Counted from the stretch's first letter, positions 39,331-48,159 are shown. The stretch: 64,000 bases of DNA from Escherichia coli (GCA_009729775.1 GCA_009729775.1_4081.1), one strand, 5' to 3'. Translations and numbers: made by a program. The notes: generated by a model not told the origin, from the sequence alone.

Positions 39331-39524
39331 TTTGTATTCCTCTTTGTGGTTGATGTAAGTATTATACTCGTTTACTTTCTATTGTCAATCTTTTTTATCA
39401 GGGGAGTTTTTCGTATGTCTTACTCCTGGACTACTTAACGGGGTTACTTGTTTCGTTCCCCGTCCTGATGTAAAACATTATACTTGATTCTAAGTACAAT
39501 GCAAGTACTTTTTAAAAATAGTTT

Positions 39525-39689
39525 TCACTTACTCATATTAACAGGCTTAAACGGTGGCAATGTAAGATCATGCGGGGTTAAACTGTCATGCTTTGCCCAC
39601 ATACCAGAATCCCTACGGAATAATACCTTATTGTTTTTTATACGATAAAAGTTACCATTATCAGTGTTTTTATACCATACCATTTTCAT
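39525..39689 (-). CDS. hypothetical small protein (not in ORF track, below 60 aa)
   Basis: 54 aa ORF MKMVWYKNTDNG... with TTGCAA-16-TATAAT and GGAG RBS upstream. Confidence 0.4.
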   Translation of the reverse strand: MKMVWYKNTDNGNFYRIKNNKVLFRRDSGMWAKHDSLTPHDLTLPPFKPVNMSK

Positions 39690-39759
39690 TTACTCCTGGT
39701 TATGTCGTTATTAAACATTATACGGGGTTATAGATAGTTTGCAATTAGTTTTTCAGTAC

Positions 39760-39870
39760 TAGCCACCAGCATATAATAGATACATTTATGCACCCTGTGG
39801 GCTGATTTGTTTCTATGCGTATATAATAGCAAAGGGACTGACCGGAGTCAATCCCTTTTTTAATTCTTTT
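39760..39870. repeat. repeated intergenic composite element, copy 3
   Basis: as above. Confidence 0.6.
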
Positions 39871-40019
39871 TAAACTTGTTTTGGGTTGCGATATGTGATA
39901 GCGTTCGGGTACATTTGTTTAATGTTATTCCATGCCTGGTTAACATTGTAACCACTTGAGCGAATCAGTTGGTTACTACCGACACCTTGAAACACTACTT
40001 CGAATAAGAATTCTTTCAT
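39870..40019 (-). CDS. hypothetical small protein (below track cutoff)
   Basis: about 49 aa ORF MKEFLFEVVFQG...; ATGA overlap with upstream ORF. Confidence 0.3.
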   Translation of the reverse strand: MKEFLFEVVFQGVGSNQLIRSSGYNVNQAWNNIKQMYPNAITYRNPKQV

Positions 40020-40189
40020 GCTTTCACCTCGCGATCTGCTTTACCTTTACGCCACGCTGTTGCTAATTGTTCGCGTTGCCATAAGTCGAGTGATACGTAA
40101 AGTTTTGCATTATCACCCTTCGGATACTCGCCAGTAGTACCAATCCGATAAAACAGATCTTTCAGTACTGATAATTCCACCTGGATCAT
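40016..40189 (-). CDS. hypothetical small protein (below track cutoff)
   Basis: about 57 aa ORF MIQVELSVLKDL... Confidence 0.3.
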   Translation of the reverse strand: MIQVELSVLKDLFYRIGTTGEYPKGDNAKLYVSLDLWQREQLATAWRKGKADREVKA

Positions 40190-40297
40190 TGTATTACTCC
40201 TGATTGTGTTAGTACTTCTACGATGGCATGAATGATCATAAGTACAGCTAACACAACAATCATCGGATTCATTTGCATAAGCTGTACTCCTTATATA

Positions 40298-40510
40298 TTA
40301 ATCTTTCAGCCAATGATCTTGAATGAATTTTTCACAGAATCCCTGTTTCATAGATTCTAACAGGCGTTCACGGTGAGCGGCGGCATATTGCTCAGTACTA
40401 TGCGTTACGCCAGGTTGATAACGTGAAACACCGTCTGGTCCGATATATTGAACATCCCACGGTTTTTCGTTAGTATCAGACCATTTACGAACGATTAGTT
40501 GACCTTGCAT
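40298..40510 (-). CDS. hypothetical protein
   Basis: 70 aa ORF with promoter cassette and AGAGGA RBS. Confidence 0.55.
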   Translation of the reverse strand: MQGQLIVRKWSDTNEKPWDVQYIGPDGVSRYQPGVTHSTEQYAAAHRERLLESMKQGFCEKFIQDHWLKD

Positions 40511-40527
40511 GTTTCTTTCCTCTTAGT

Positions 40528-40587
40528 GGGGAGAATCATTTCTCCCCTTCATGTAACTTATTATACAGTACTAGATTACATTGTCAA
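40528..40587 (-). promoter_or_regulatory. early promoter cassette (TTGACA-16-TATAAT) and hairpin GGGGAGAA-tcat-TTCTCCCC
   Basis: -35 at 40582-40587, -10 at 40560-40565, hairpin 40528-40547 (coordinates on plus strand). Confidence 0.6.
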
Positions 40588-40593
40588 TAGTTT

Positions 40594-40917
40594 TTATTCA
40601 CCTTGTTTGAATATAGTTTTCTCCATTGATTCCATGATTGCAACCAATACAGCATGGATCTCACTTAACGCGGCATCACTAAAAGCATTAATGAATAGGC
40701 AATCATTCTCGCGAATATTTTTAATGTACTTATCAGCAGTGGTTGCGAATTCATTCAACGGCAGATCAAATGCTTTATCCCATAATGGATGGCGTAACTG
40801 TAACAGTACTGGATTATCACGGTCACCAGGTGAGAAAGTGCCTGTAATGAAACATACACCAGGGATACTTTCGAATTGACAACGAACTTCTTTTGTGATA
40901 GTAGTATGAATATACAT
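40594..40917 (-). CDS. hypothetical protein
   Basis: 107 aa ORF. Confidence 0.55.
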   Translation of the reverse strand: MYIHTTITKEVRCQFESIPGVCFITGTFSPGDRDNPVLLQLRHPLWDKAFDLPLNEFATTADKYIKNIRENDCLFINAFSDAALSEIHAVLVAIMESMEKTIFKQGE

Positions 40918-40944
40918 TTATTTTTATCCTCTATTAAATTAATA

Positions 40945-41133
40945 TTACAGTTTATGAATCAATTCTTTATCCAAGCGATAGCGAACATTATTGATTGTAA
41001 CTGCATTGTTTTTAATGCTACGCTGTACAGGTCCACCAGCAATAACAAACGTTGCCTTATTGCCCCGAACGATGATAGCACTTCCAGGATTACCGAAATC
41101 ATCTTGTACTAAAATGCTTGATAAGTTTTGCAT
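40945..41133 (-). CDS. hypothetical protein
   Basis: 62 aa ORF. Confidence 0.45.
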   Translation of the reverse strand: MQNLSSILVQDDFGNPGSAIIVRGNKATFVIAGGPVQRSIKNNAVTINNVRYRLDKELIHKL

Positions 41134-41149
41134 TTGTCTTTCCTTGTAG

Positions 41150-41208
41150 TGGGGAGAACTATTCTCCCCTTCATGTAAACAATTATACAGTACTGAAAAC
41201 TAATTGCA
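41150..41208 (-). promoter_or_regulatory. early promoter cassette (TTGCAA..TATAAT) and hairpin
   Basis: reverse complement of intergenic region. Confidence 0.5.
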
Positions 41209-41212
41209 AGTA

Positions 41213-41569
41213 CTATGATAAAATCATTATAGGATATTCACTATCAATCAGTACTTCAAAACCAAAACTTTCATACCATTCTTTAAGATTAAATGAGTTA
41301 TCTTCTCCCGTATCGCATTCTAAGATGATACAATCTGAATCATCGGCCGCATCAATAAAGGCATTCATTAATTCAGTACCTTCACCGTTACCGCGATTAT
41401 CGGGATCAACATAAAGAGAATCAATAAACGCTACACGATCATAATCAAGATCTGGTGCAACAATGCCACGTTTAACAAACCAGTACTGCAATTGTGCTAC
41501 TTTGCCTTGTACTTGATAGCCAGTGATCTCACCATTGTCTGTAGTACGCGTGATATGTTGTATACCCAT
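41213..41569 (-). CDS. possible GNAT-like acetyltransferase (weak)
   Basis: segment VAFIDSLYVDPDNRGNGEGTELMNAFIDAA resembles GNAT acetyl-CoA binding motif. Confidence 0.35.
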   Translation of the reverse strand: MGIQHITRTTDNGEITGYQVQGKVAQLQYWFVKRGIVAPDLDYDRVAFIDSLYVDPDNRGNGEGTELMNAFIDAADDSDCIILECDTGEDNSFNLKEWYESFGFEVLIDSEYPIMILS

Positions 41570-41632
41570 GATTTCAATCCTCAGTTAAGATATAAAATAT
41601 TATACACTAACTAACAGTACTGTCAATACTTT

Positions 41633-41890
41633 TTATCTCATAGATCTATGCCAACAATTACGCGGTTGACGTTTAAAAATACTATCATGATCCTCCTGGC
41701 AAGTTATGCAGTACTTACATCCCTTAACGGCCTGGCGACGTTTCTCAGGGATTATATCACCGCAGTCGAGGCAATGTATCAGTGATTCTATTTGTGCGTT
41801 AATTTGCGTTCTAGCGTGGTTAACAGCGGCCTGAATCACTGCGTTAATCTCGTCTTGCTCGGCCCCATCTTTCGTGAATCCTACAGCCAT
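41633..41890 (-). CDS. TraR/DksA-family C4 zinc-finger protein
   Basis: CLDC-x17-CITCQ (C-x2-C-x17-C-x2-C) signature in 85 aa protein. Confidence 0.6.
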   Translation of the reverse strand: MAVGFTKDGAEQDEINAVIQAAVNHARTQINAQIESLIHCLDCGDIIPEKRRQAVKGCKYCITCQEDHDSIFKRQPRNCWHRSMR

Positions 41891-42119
41891 TATTTTAACC
41901 TCATTATAAAAATACTATAGTACTGTAATGCGACAATAATATTACTTGTTCTTACTTTTTCCAATCCACATGATACAACATATTCATCCCCATATGTTCG
42001 AAACGAAACACCATGAAAATTTTTATACACTTGCACTTCTAATCATAACCTTTTGTCTAACCAACTGCGTAGAATTATACTACTTTACGCAAATTGATCA
42101 AGTATTGATCAGATCATTT

Positions 42120-42200
42120 TTTGATCAATATTATACAGTTACATTTGTGCACCCTATGGGTTAGTGCCTTGTGTCCGGCTTATGTACTTATTATACAGTA
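42120..42200. repeat. variant element with GCACCCTATGGG core and CCGGCTT hairpin
   Basis: similar to 50110-50200. Confidence 0.4.
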
Positions 42201-42221
42201 CTTGATGATATTGTCAATAGT

Positions 42222-42419
42222 TTATTTTAATTTTTTTCTGTCATTGATTAATGCTTTCAGTACTATACTAATAACTTGCAATGATTCATCAATGACTATA
42301 AAATTATTTTCTTTCATTAGATGATAGTTACCATTGATTGTATATTCTAATGAGTACTGTTTACGTTTAATTTTTGATAATGTATCAATTTGTTTTTGTA
42401 CTGATTTCATGCTAATCAT
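42222..42419 (-). CDS. hypothetical protein
   Basis: 65 aa ORF. Confidence 0.45.
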   Translation of the reverse strand: MISMKSVQKQIDTLSKIKRKQYSLEYTINGNYHLMKENNFIVIDESLQVISIVLKALINDRKKLK

Positions 42420-42526
42420 TGTTAAACGTCCTGTAATGCATTCTAACGAGATAAACGGTTTAGTACTGGCATTGTATAGGGTAAATGATTAAAGCCCACC
42501 AGCGTTAACCAGTGGGCTATAATCTT

Positions 42527-42670
42527 ACATCTTGCGGATAATCTTAACAGTATCTTTCACCGATTTACCGTCTTGCTGACATTGTTCGATCATCGCGTAT
42601 TGTTCTGCGGTCAGATCCTCGCCAGTTTTTGCCAGTACTGCGTCGATGAATGAATCCAGTGCGATCATTT
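42527..42670 (-). CDS. hypothetical small protein (below track cutoff)
   Basis: 47 aa ORF MIALDSFIDAVLAK... Confidence 0.3.
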
Positions 42671-42767
42671 TATTTCTCTCTTAGGTTAAGTTAACTACTG
42701 TTGATAAAAGTTATTATACAGTACTATCAAACATTGTCAATAGATTTAATAGTACTGGTAATATATT

Positions 42768-42947
42768 TTAGCGGTAATCGTCGTATGCTTTATTAACCTG
42801 GCGAATGTAACTTTCAAAGGCTTCGTCTACCGTTTCATACTCCCGAACATAATCACCATAGGAAACTACATACATCCCTTTTTGATCTTCAAACGTCATG
42901 ATGATAGAATCCAGTCCGATGATTTCAGTTTTTGCGATAATAGCCAT
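42768..42947 (-). CDS. hypothetical protein
   Basis: start at MAIIAKTEI; repeated promoter cassette upstream. Confidence 0.5.
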   Translation of the reverse strand: MAIIAKTEIIGLDSIIMTFEDQKGMYVVSYGDYVREYETVDEAFESYIRQVNKAYDDYR

Positions 42948-43038
42948 TTTAGTATTCCTTAAATTAATATGCGTTGTCTTGATAAAAGTTATTATGCCAG
43001 TACTATCAAACGTTGTCAATAGTACTGTGATAATATTT

Positions 43039-43251
43039 TTAGTTAATGATAGTCAGTGTAAAATTGTAATCCCCTGCCTGGTATAGTACTTTATCGCCGA
43101 ACGTGCCAACACGTTTCATATTGCAATAGATACCCATAACATTTTTTACATCTTTGATATTCCGAACGCCAGTGATATCCTTGTTGAAATTTTCATGATC
43201 AGAAAATAAAACTTGTTTTGCATTTTTCAGTACAGTGCAGATATTAGCCAT
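43039..43251 (-). CDS. hypothetical protein
   Basis: 70 aa ORF. Confidence 0.5.
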   Translation of the reverse strand: MANICTVLKNAKQVLFSDHENFNKDITGVRNIKDVKNVMGIYCNMKRVGTFGDKVLYQAGDYNFTLTIIN

Positions 43252-43270
43252 TTCGATTTCTCTCTGTTAG

Positions 43271-43338
43271 TAGGGAAGTACTGTTACTTCCCGTGCCTTG
43301 ATGTAAACTATTATACAGTACTATAATCTATTGTCAAA
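43271..43338 (-). promoter_or_regulatory. early promoter cassette (TTGACA-16-TATAAT) and hairpin GGGAAGTA-acag-TACTTCCC
   Basis: reverse complement of intergenic region. Confidence 0.5.
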
Positions 43339-43351
43339 CTATTTTTTAATA

Positions 43352-43693
43352 TTATTCAAAATCTTCTGGACCGGACTGATAATCATCCTCACCGTATGCA
43401 CTTTCTAACTTCTCGCCAGTGTAATCATCAGTTAGTGAGTCATCCTCATAGTTCACGTCTACGCCCGTGATGTAAAACTGGCTATCGTCTGGATCATTGA
43501 AATTAATTTTCTGAATGTTTACAATAACTGTATTGATACCCAGGACACAGCCATCAGCCGTTACAAAGTACTGATATTTTTCACATCCACCACTATTGAA
43601 ACCGTAATTGATTTCGGCCCGACCATCATTTAAACGCAGTGCCTGAGCGATGATTTCGTTTTCAAAGTTAGATTGAGCAATTGCAATAGTCAT
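43352..43693 (-). CDS. hypothetical acidic protein
   Basis: 113 aa ORF. Confidence 0.55.
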   Translation of the reverse strand: MTIAIAQSNFENEIIAQALRLNDGRAEINYGFNSGGCEKYQYFVTADGCVLGINTVIVNIQKINFNDPDDSQFYITGVDVNYEDDSLTDDYTGEKLESAYGEDDYQSGPEDFE

Positions 43694-43789
43694 GATTCGT
43701 TTCCTTATTACCAGGGGAAACCGTTTCCCCTTGCGATGTAAAACATTATACGCCTATTGATATAGTTTGCAAGTACTTTTTATCAAATA

Positions 43790-43920
43790 CTTTAAAATAG
43801 TTTTCAGTACTCAATCATTATACAATAGATACACTTATGCACCCTGTGGGCTAGTGAGCTATCTCTCAATGAATACATAATAGCAAAATGGCTGACCGAA
43901 GTCAACCACTTTTTTTCATT
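43790..43920. repeat. repeated intergenic composite element, copy 4 (more diverged hairpin)
   Basis: as above. Confidence 0.5.
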
Positions 43921-44054
43921 TATTTTTAGCTTTTAGAATCGCCGCCTTTCGCGTCATGCCTTGCTTGATGTACTCCTTTACTTTCGCTTTACGTGCTTTC
44001 GCTTTATCTGCTTTCGTTTTAGGAGTACTGTAAATTAAACCGTTAGGATTCATT
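43917..44054 (-). CDS. hypothetical small basic protein (below track cutoff)
   Basis: 45 aa Lys-rich ORF MNPNGLIYSTPKTKADKAKARKAK... Confidence 0.3.
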
Positions 44055-44139
44055 TAAATCACCATAAAGAATAGATAGGTTACTAACAATGCCGCCAGTA
44101 CTGCACCGACCAGGGCCGAACTATAGTAAGCTAATGATT

Positions 44140-44292
44140 TCATTTTTTAGCCTGAAAGTAATGTTTAATTTGTGCGGCGGTCAGTGCACAATTACGCAGG
44201 AAGTTTTCTGTATAACTTTTACGAGTACTGAAAGAGTACTGACCTTTCCCGTTACCGATAGTAACATCAAACCGAGCGTTATATTGTTTCAT
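44140..44292 (-). CDS. hypothetical small protein
   Basis: start at MKQYNARFD; track MVLP extension is hairpin. Confidence 0.45.
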   Translation of the reverse strand: MKQYNARFDVTIGNGKGQYSFSTRKSYTENFLRNCALTAAQIKHYFQAKK

Positions 44293-44309
44293 TTTGTTTC
44301 TCCTAGTAT

Positions 44310-44382
44310 CGGGGAGAACCATTCCCCCCCTCTATGTAAACAATTATACAGTACTGAAAACTAATTGCAAGTACTTTCTAAG
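44310..44382 (-). promoter_or_regulatory. early promoter cassette (TTGCAA..TATAAT) and 5' hairpin
   Basis: reverse complement of intergenic region. Confidence 0.5.
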
Positions 44383-44567
44383 TAATGTTTATAAGCTGAA
44401 TCAACCACTCTTTCGATAACATACGCTAACGGCACGTATCCAACTACATGACTACAATAAAAAGGACTACGATTAGAATCATCGTATGCAAATACTTTTT
44501 CAGGATCTGCATCAATCACATACATATTAACCTTTAAGATGTCTATCTTATCCTGTACAGTAAGCAT
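44361..44567 (-). CDS. hypothetical protein
   Basis: start at MLTVQDK; upstream part of track ORF overlaps another small ORF in a different frame. Confidence 0.45.
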   Translation of the reverse strand: MLTVQDKIDILKVNMYVIDADPEKVFAYDDSNRSPFYCSHVVGYVPLAYVIERVVDSAYKHYLESTCN

Positions 44568-44571
44568 ATTA

Positions 44572-44742
44572 CGCCGCCTTATCAGTACTGGCAACCGGAC
44601 GGATACGGGCCATTTCATGGGCTTGTTCCACACTGTAACGCTCATAAAGGCGGCATTCTTCCGGTGTAGGAACAGCATCAATACGTTTCATTGGTTTAAT
44701 GATGCTTTCAACTTCATTCAGTACTTGATTAACGTTCATGGT
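44572..44742 (-). CDS. hypothetical small protein (below track cutoff)
   Basis: 56 aa ORF MNVNQVLNEVES..., stop 2 nt before next ATG. Confidence 0.35.
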
Positions 44743-44790
44743 ATAATCCCCAATATAAGCGGCCTAAATCGACCGCTAACGATGTTTTGA

Positions 44791-45060
44791 TTAATAGGTG
44801 TATGGTTGACGCTCAAACAATGATTGCACGTTGTACGCCCCGCTAATGGGCTTTGCTGGCAAATCAATTTTATATTGTTCACGCTTAAAAATAATAAAAC
44901 GGCAATTGTTTTTAACATCAAAATTGATTGAACGTTCCAATAGCTTTCCTTCGTGTACAAATACAAGATAACCGCTTGCTACTTGTTTTGTAGTACTGGT
45001 TGCAACCATTGACCGACGAACATGAGTACCTGCATCGATTAAAGTACTGATATTTTTCAT
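44791..45060 (-). CDS. hypothetical protein
   Basis: 89 aa ORF. Confidence 0.5.
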   Translation of the reverse strand: MKNISTLIDAGTHVRRSMVATSTTKQVASGYLVFVHEGKLLERSINFDVKNNCRFIIFKREQYKIDLPAKPISGAYNVQSLFERQPYTY

Positions 45061-45140
45061 TTTACTATCCTCTTAATTTGATTTAATTTCTTTCCCCTAT
45101 GCAGACACTATATCAAAGTATCTGCATAAAGTAAAGCTAA

Positions 45141-45485
45141 TTAAAGATCTTTTTTGCGTTTAACATCAGTTACCGAACTGTAAACAGTGATATTATTGTC
45201 ACGGCAAAAACGGGAAAGATAAGAACCGCGTAAAAACTCTTTATCTTCCATATTAATAACCTTGCTAAATTCTTCCATTGCTACAGTGTCAAAGTGATCC
45301 CCGTATCCATATTGGAACGGCACGTTTACTACTTCAATAAAATTACCATCAATTTCTACGTCTACACTTAAAGAGAAATAAGTGTTACCATATGAAGCCT
45401 GGAACCAACGCCGAGCGGCAATATGTACAACTTCAACAGAAGACAGGTTGATATTTTGTGCTGAGATAGTGTTGATGTTAGCCAT
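45141..45485 (-). CDS. hypothetical protein, paralog of 38517..38840
   Basis: shared motifs, C-terminal VKRKKDL. Confidence 0.6.
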   Translation of the reverse strand: MANINTISAQNINLSSVEVVHIAARRWFQASYGNTYFSLSVDVEIDGNFIEVVNVPFQYGYGDHFDTVAMEEFSKVINMEDKEFLRGSYLSRFCRDNNITVYSSVTDVKRKKDL

Positions 45486-45566
45486 TTTAATTTCCTCTTA
45501 GTTGTCTTGATAAAATCTATTATGCCAGTACTATCAAACTATGTCAATAGTACTGTGATAATAATT

Positions 45567-45779
45567 TTACTTACTTTGCTTTGATGCTTTATGTTGTGCA
45601 ACTGCCATCACTACATCAGCACGAACAAAGTTAGCAACCGTATCAGTATAATATTTGATTGCATCGTCAATATCTGCGAACATCCGATACATTCCGCACC
45701 ATGATACTTTATAACCCGCTTTCACTTGTTCCAGTTTAACCAGTGAATTGTTTACTTTGATTTTTGTAATGATAGCCAT
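45567..45779 (-). CDS. hypothetical protein
   Basis: 70 aa ORF, N-terminus MAIITK similar to 42768..42947. Confidence 0.5.
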   Translation of the reverse strand: MAIITKIKVNNSLVKLEQVKAGYKVSWCGMYRMFADIDDAIKYYTDTVANFVRADVVMAVAQHKASKQSK

Positions 45780-45862
45780 TTTTGTTTCCTCTTAGTTGTC
45801 TTGATAAAATCTATTATGCCAGTACTATCAATCTATGTCAATAGTACTGTGATAATAATTTT

Positions 45863-46006
45863 ACTTACTTTTTGCTTTCTTTATTGCTTCCACCTGGTCG
45901 GCCCACTCTTTACCCCATACTTGAGCGTTATAGTGATACTGACAAAGAGCAACGCCCCGTTTCAAACCAGTGATAGATTTTTTACCACATTGACAAGTTT
46001 TCATTT
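45863..46006 (-). CDS. hypothetical small Cys-containing protein (below track cutoff)
   Basis: 47 aa ORF MKTCQCGKKS...CQYH with its own promoter-hairpin cassette and RBS. Confidence 0.4.
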
Positions 46007-46020
46007 TTAGTTTCCTCTTA

Positions 46021-46086
46021 GTGGGGAGAATCATTTCTCCCCTTGATGTAATGTATTATACTTTATCCGATTTACTTTGCAAGTAC
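46021..46086 (-). promoter_or_regulatory. early promoter cassette (TTGCAA..TATAAT) and hairpin GGGGAGAA-tcat-TTCTCCCC
   Basis: reverse complement of intergenic region. Confidence 0.5.
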
Positions 46087-46089
46087 TTT

Positions 46090-46317
46090 TTAGTTTAATT
46101 CATCCAGGCATAAGATACGATCTACGCCGAGATCCGTTAAGCTAATGGTTGGCACTTGATAGGTTTCAATGTATTCTACACTAGCCCACTGACCGAACTC
46201 ATTCACCGCCCAGGTATTCATTGCAAAATGTAATTCCGCACCTTTCTTATTAGTAATTACAGCAACAGTAGAAGAATTGCCAGTAGTACCAGATACGCGA
46301 GTGATTACGATAGCCAT
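46090..46317 (-). CDS. hypothetical protein
   Basis: 75 aa ORF. Confidence 0.5.
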   Translation of the reverse strand: MAIVITRVSGTTGNSSTVAVITNKKGAELHFAMNTWAVNEFGQWASVEYIETYQVPTISLTDLGVDRILCLDELN

Positions 46318-46750
46318 TGTTTTGATTCCTATTCAGTAGTTGATGTATGTATTATGTCAGTACTTAAAACTATTGTCAAACTATTTTTTAAAGACTATCT
46401 ACGATAGCTGCCGTTTCAATAATAGACTTACCTTTTTTTGAACATGCAATAACTGCTTTAAATTCCTTTGATGACCATTCTTTTTTACTGCATACTAACA
46501 TTACTTGCATAGTGAAACAATCCAGTTCATAAGTATTCATCTTTAAATCCTCAGTTAGTTAAGGTGTCTTGCCTTGATGTAACTAATTATACGCCTTTCT
46601 CTTAATCGTGCAAGTACTTTTTATTACTTTTTGCAAAATACTTTAAACGCTCTCAATCGCATTCTAACGGCCTTAACTCCACCAGCTAGGGCGATGCATC
46701 AGATAATCAGTTTAATGCGTTAGAATCGATTCTATGAGGTGCTGACGGTC

Positions 46751-46786
46751 TGGAATGCAATAAAAACAAAAAAGCCCACTGCTTAT
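46751..46786 (-). terminator. rho-independent terminator
   Basis: AGCCCAC-N8-GTGGGCT hairpin with long U-tract on minus strand after stop of 46816..47313. Confidence 0.6.
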
Positions 46787-46815
46787 AGTGGGCTAGTGAT
46801 TCAGTACTTTAAATG

Positions 46816-47298
46816 TTATGCTTCAATTTTGCGGTGAGATTCGATCCATTCCTCGCGAGTCATACCGCTTTCTTTGATAGCATCCAGTACTACCGCAATG
46901 CAGTTACCGCGTACAGGAATCAAATGTTCTTCCCCGTTATCAAGGACAACCGTAACACGTTCTTGAATCCATTTTTTAGGCTTAGATTCCGGCTTATCTT
47001 CACCGTACTTAACCGCCAGGGCTTTATGTGCCATTTCAATAACCACTTCCAGATCTAAACCAGACACCGCCGCCTGAATACTTTCTATTGTTGCTTGCAG
47101 TTCTGCTTCACGGGCTTTTTTCTGTTCTTCCAGTTCTGCTACCTTTTTGGCTTGTAGTTCTTTCGCTTCACTGTAAGCAATGTTAAAATTGTTGCGTACT
47201 GCTTTCATGGTATCATTATCCAGGTCAGCCAGCAATTCAGCAGCAATCACAGTATCGTTAGAAATCAGTGCTTTCAGAAATGATTTTACATTAGCCAT
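46816..47298 (-). CDS. hypothetical protein, predicted coiled-coil
   Basis: start at MANVKSFLK; Ala/Glu/Lys-rich heptad-like segment. Confidence 0.55.
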   Translation of the reverse strand: MANVKSFLKALISNDTVIAAELLADLDNDTMKAVRNNFNIAYSEAKELQAKKVAELEEQKKAREAELQATIESIQAAVSGLDLEVVIEMAHKALAVKYGEDKPESKPKKWIQERVTVVLDNGEEHLIPVRGNCIAVVLDAIKESGMTREEWIESHRKIEA

Positions 47299-47482
47299 TT
47301 TATAAATCCTCAATTAAAGTTTAAGTTAGTTTATCAAAGTTTGTTTGACGTGTCCAGTTTTTCATTCGACTTACTGGCGGTCTACTTAATGTTCCCCGTC
47401 TTGATGTAATACATTCTACGCTTTTCCCTGGTAATGTCAACTACTTTTTTAAAACTATTTTCAAAGTATACCAGTACTACGA

Positions 47483-47520
47483 TAATACAAAAACAAAAAA
47501 GCCCACTGTTTAAGGTGGGC
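47483..47520 (-). terminator. rho-independent terminator
   Basis: GCCCAC-N8-GTGGGC hairpin with U-tract on minus strand after stop of 47539..47838. Confidence 0.6.
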
Positions 47521-47538
47521 TAGTGATTCAGTACTAGA

Positions 47539-47838
47539 TTATAAACAGTTAATTACTCCGGTGTGCGTTACTTTCTCAGTATCCATCACAGTGACCGAAC
47601 CGCGTTTAGTACTGGCATCATAATAAATTGTTGTGCTACCGTTTTTGTCTTCTTCATGGAACGGGCCGTTTTTAAATGCTTCCGGCTGGATCTCTAAATC
47701 CTTTAATACAATCTCGCCAGTTCTTTCATCGGTCATTGCAACAGTGCACTGAATGAATTTTTCACTACTTACATCTAATGACGCATTAACAGCGAAAGAG
47801 GAAACAGATAAAGCCAGGGCGATGATTGCAATTTTCAT
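47539..47838 (-). CDS. secreted protein with N-terminal signal peptide
   Basis: MKIAIIALALSVSSFAVNA signal-like N-terminus. Confidence 0.55.
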   Translation of the reverse strand: MKIAIIALALSVSSFAVNASLDVSSEKFIQCTVAMTDERTGEIVLKDLEIQPEAFKNGPFHEEDKNGSTTIYYDASTKRGSVTVMDTEKVTHTGVINCL

Positions 47839-47922
47839 TTGATTATCCTTAGTTACCAGGGGGAACCGCTCCCCCTTGCTATGTAAAATATTATACAGTA
47901 CTAAAAACTAATTGCAAGTACT

Positions 47923-48159
47923 TTATGATTTTTTATAAAACATTTCGGCAGTGATATTTTTACCCGTTGGCTGTACTTTATCCAGAATTTTTTGATGCCC
48001 TGGCCGTCCAAATGAATATGATCCGTAAACCGTAAACCAGTAGTTACCCTCAGTGTTTACATGTACAGCACAATAGGGAACGCCCCGCGATTCATCACTA
48101 GTAAAGTGTGCTACCGTTCCCGTTACATTCGAAGTCGTTGATTTGATTTGTTCAAGCAT
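47923..48159 (-). CDS. hypothetical protein
   Basis: 78 aa ORF. Confidence 0.5.
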   Translation of the reverse strand: MLEQIKSTTSNVTGTVAHFTSDESRGVPYCAVHVNTEGNYWFTVYGSYSFGRPGHQKILDKVQPTGKNITAEMFYKKS

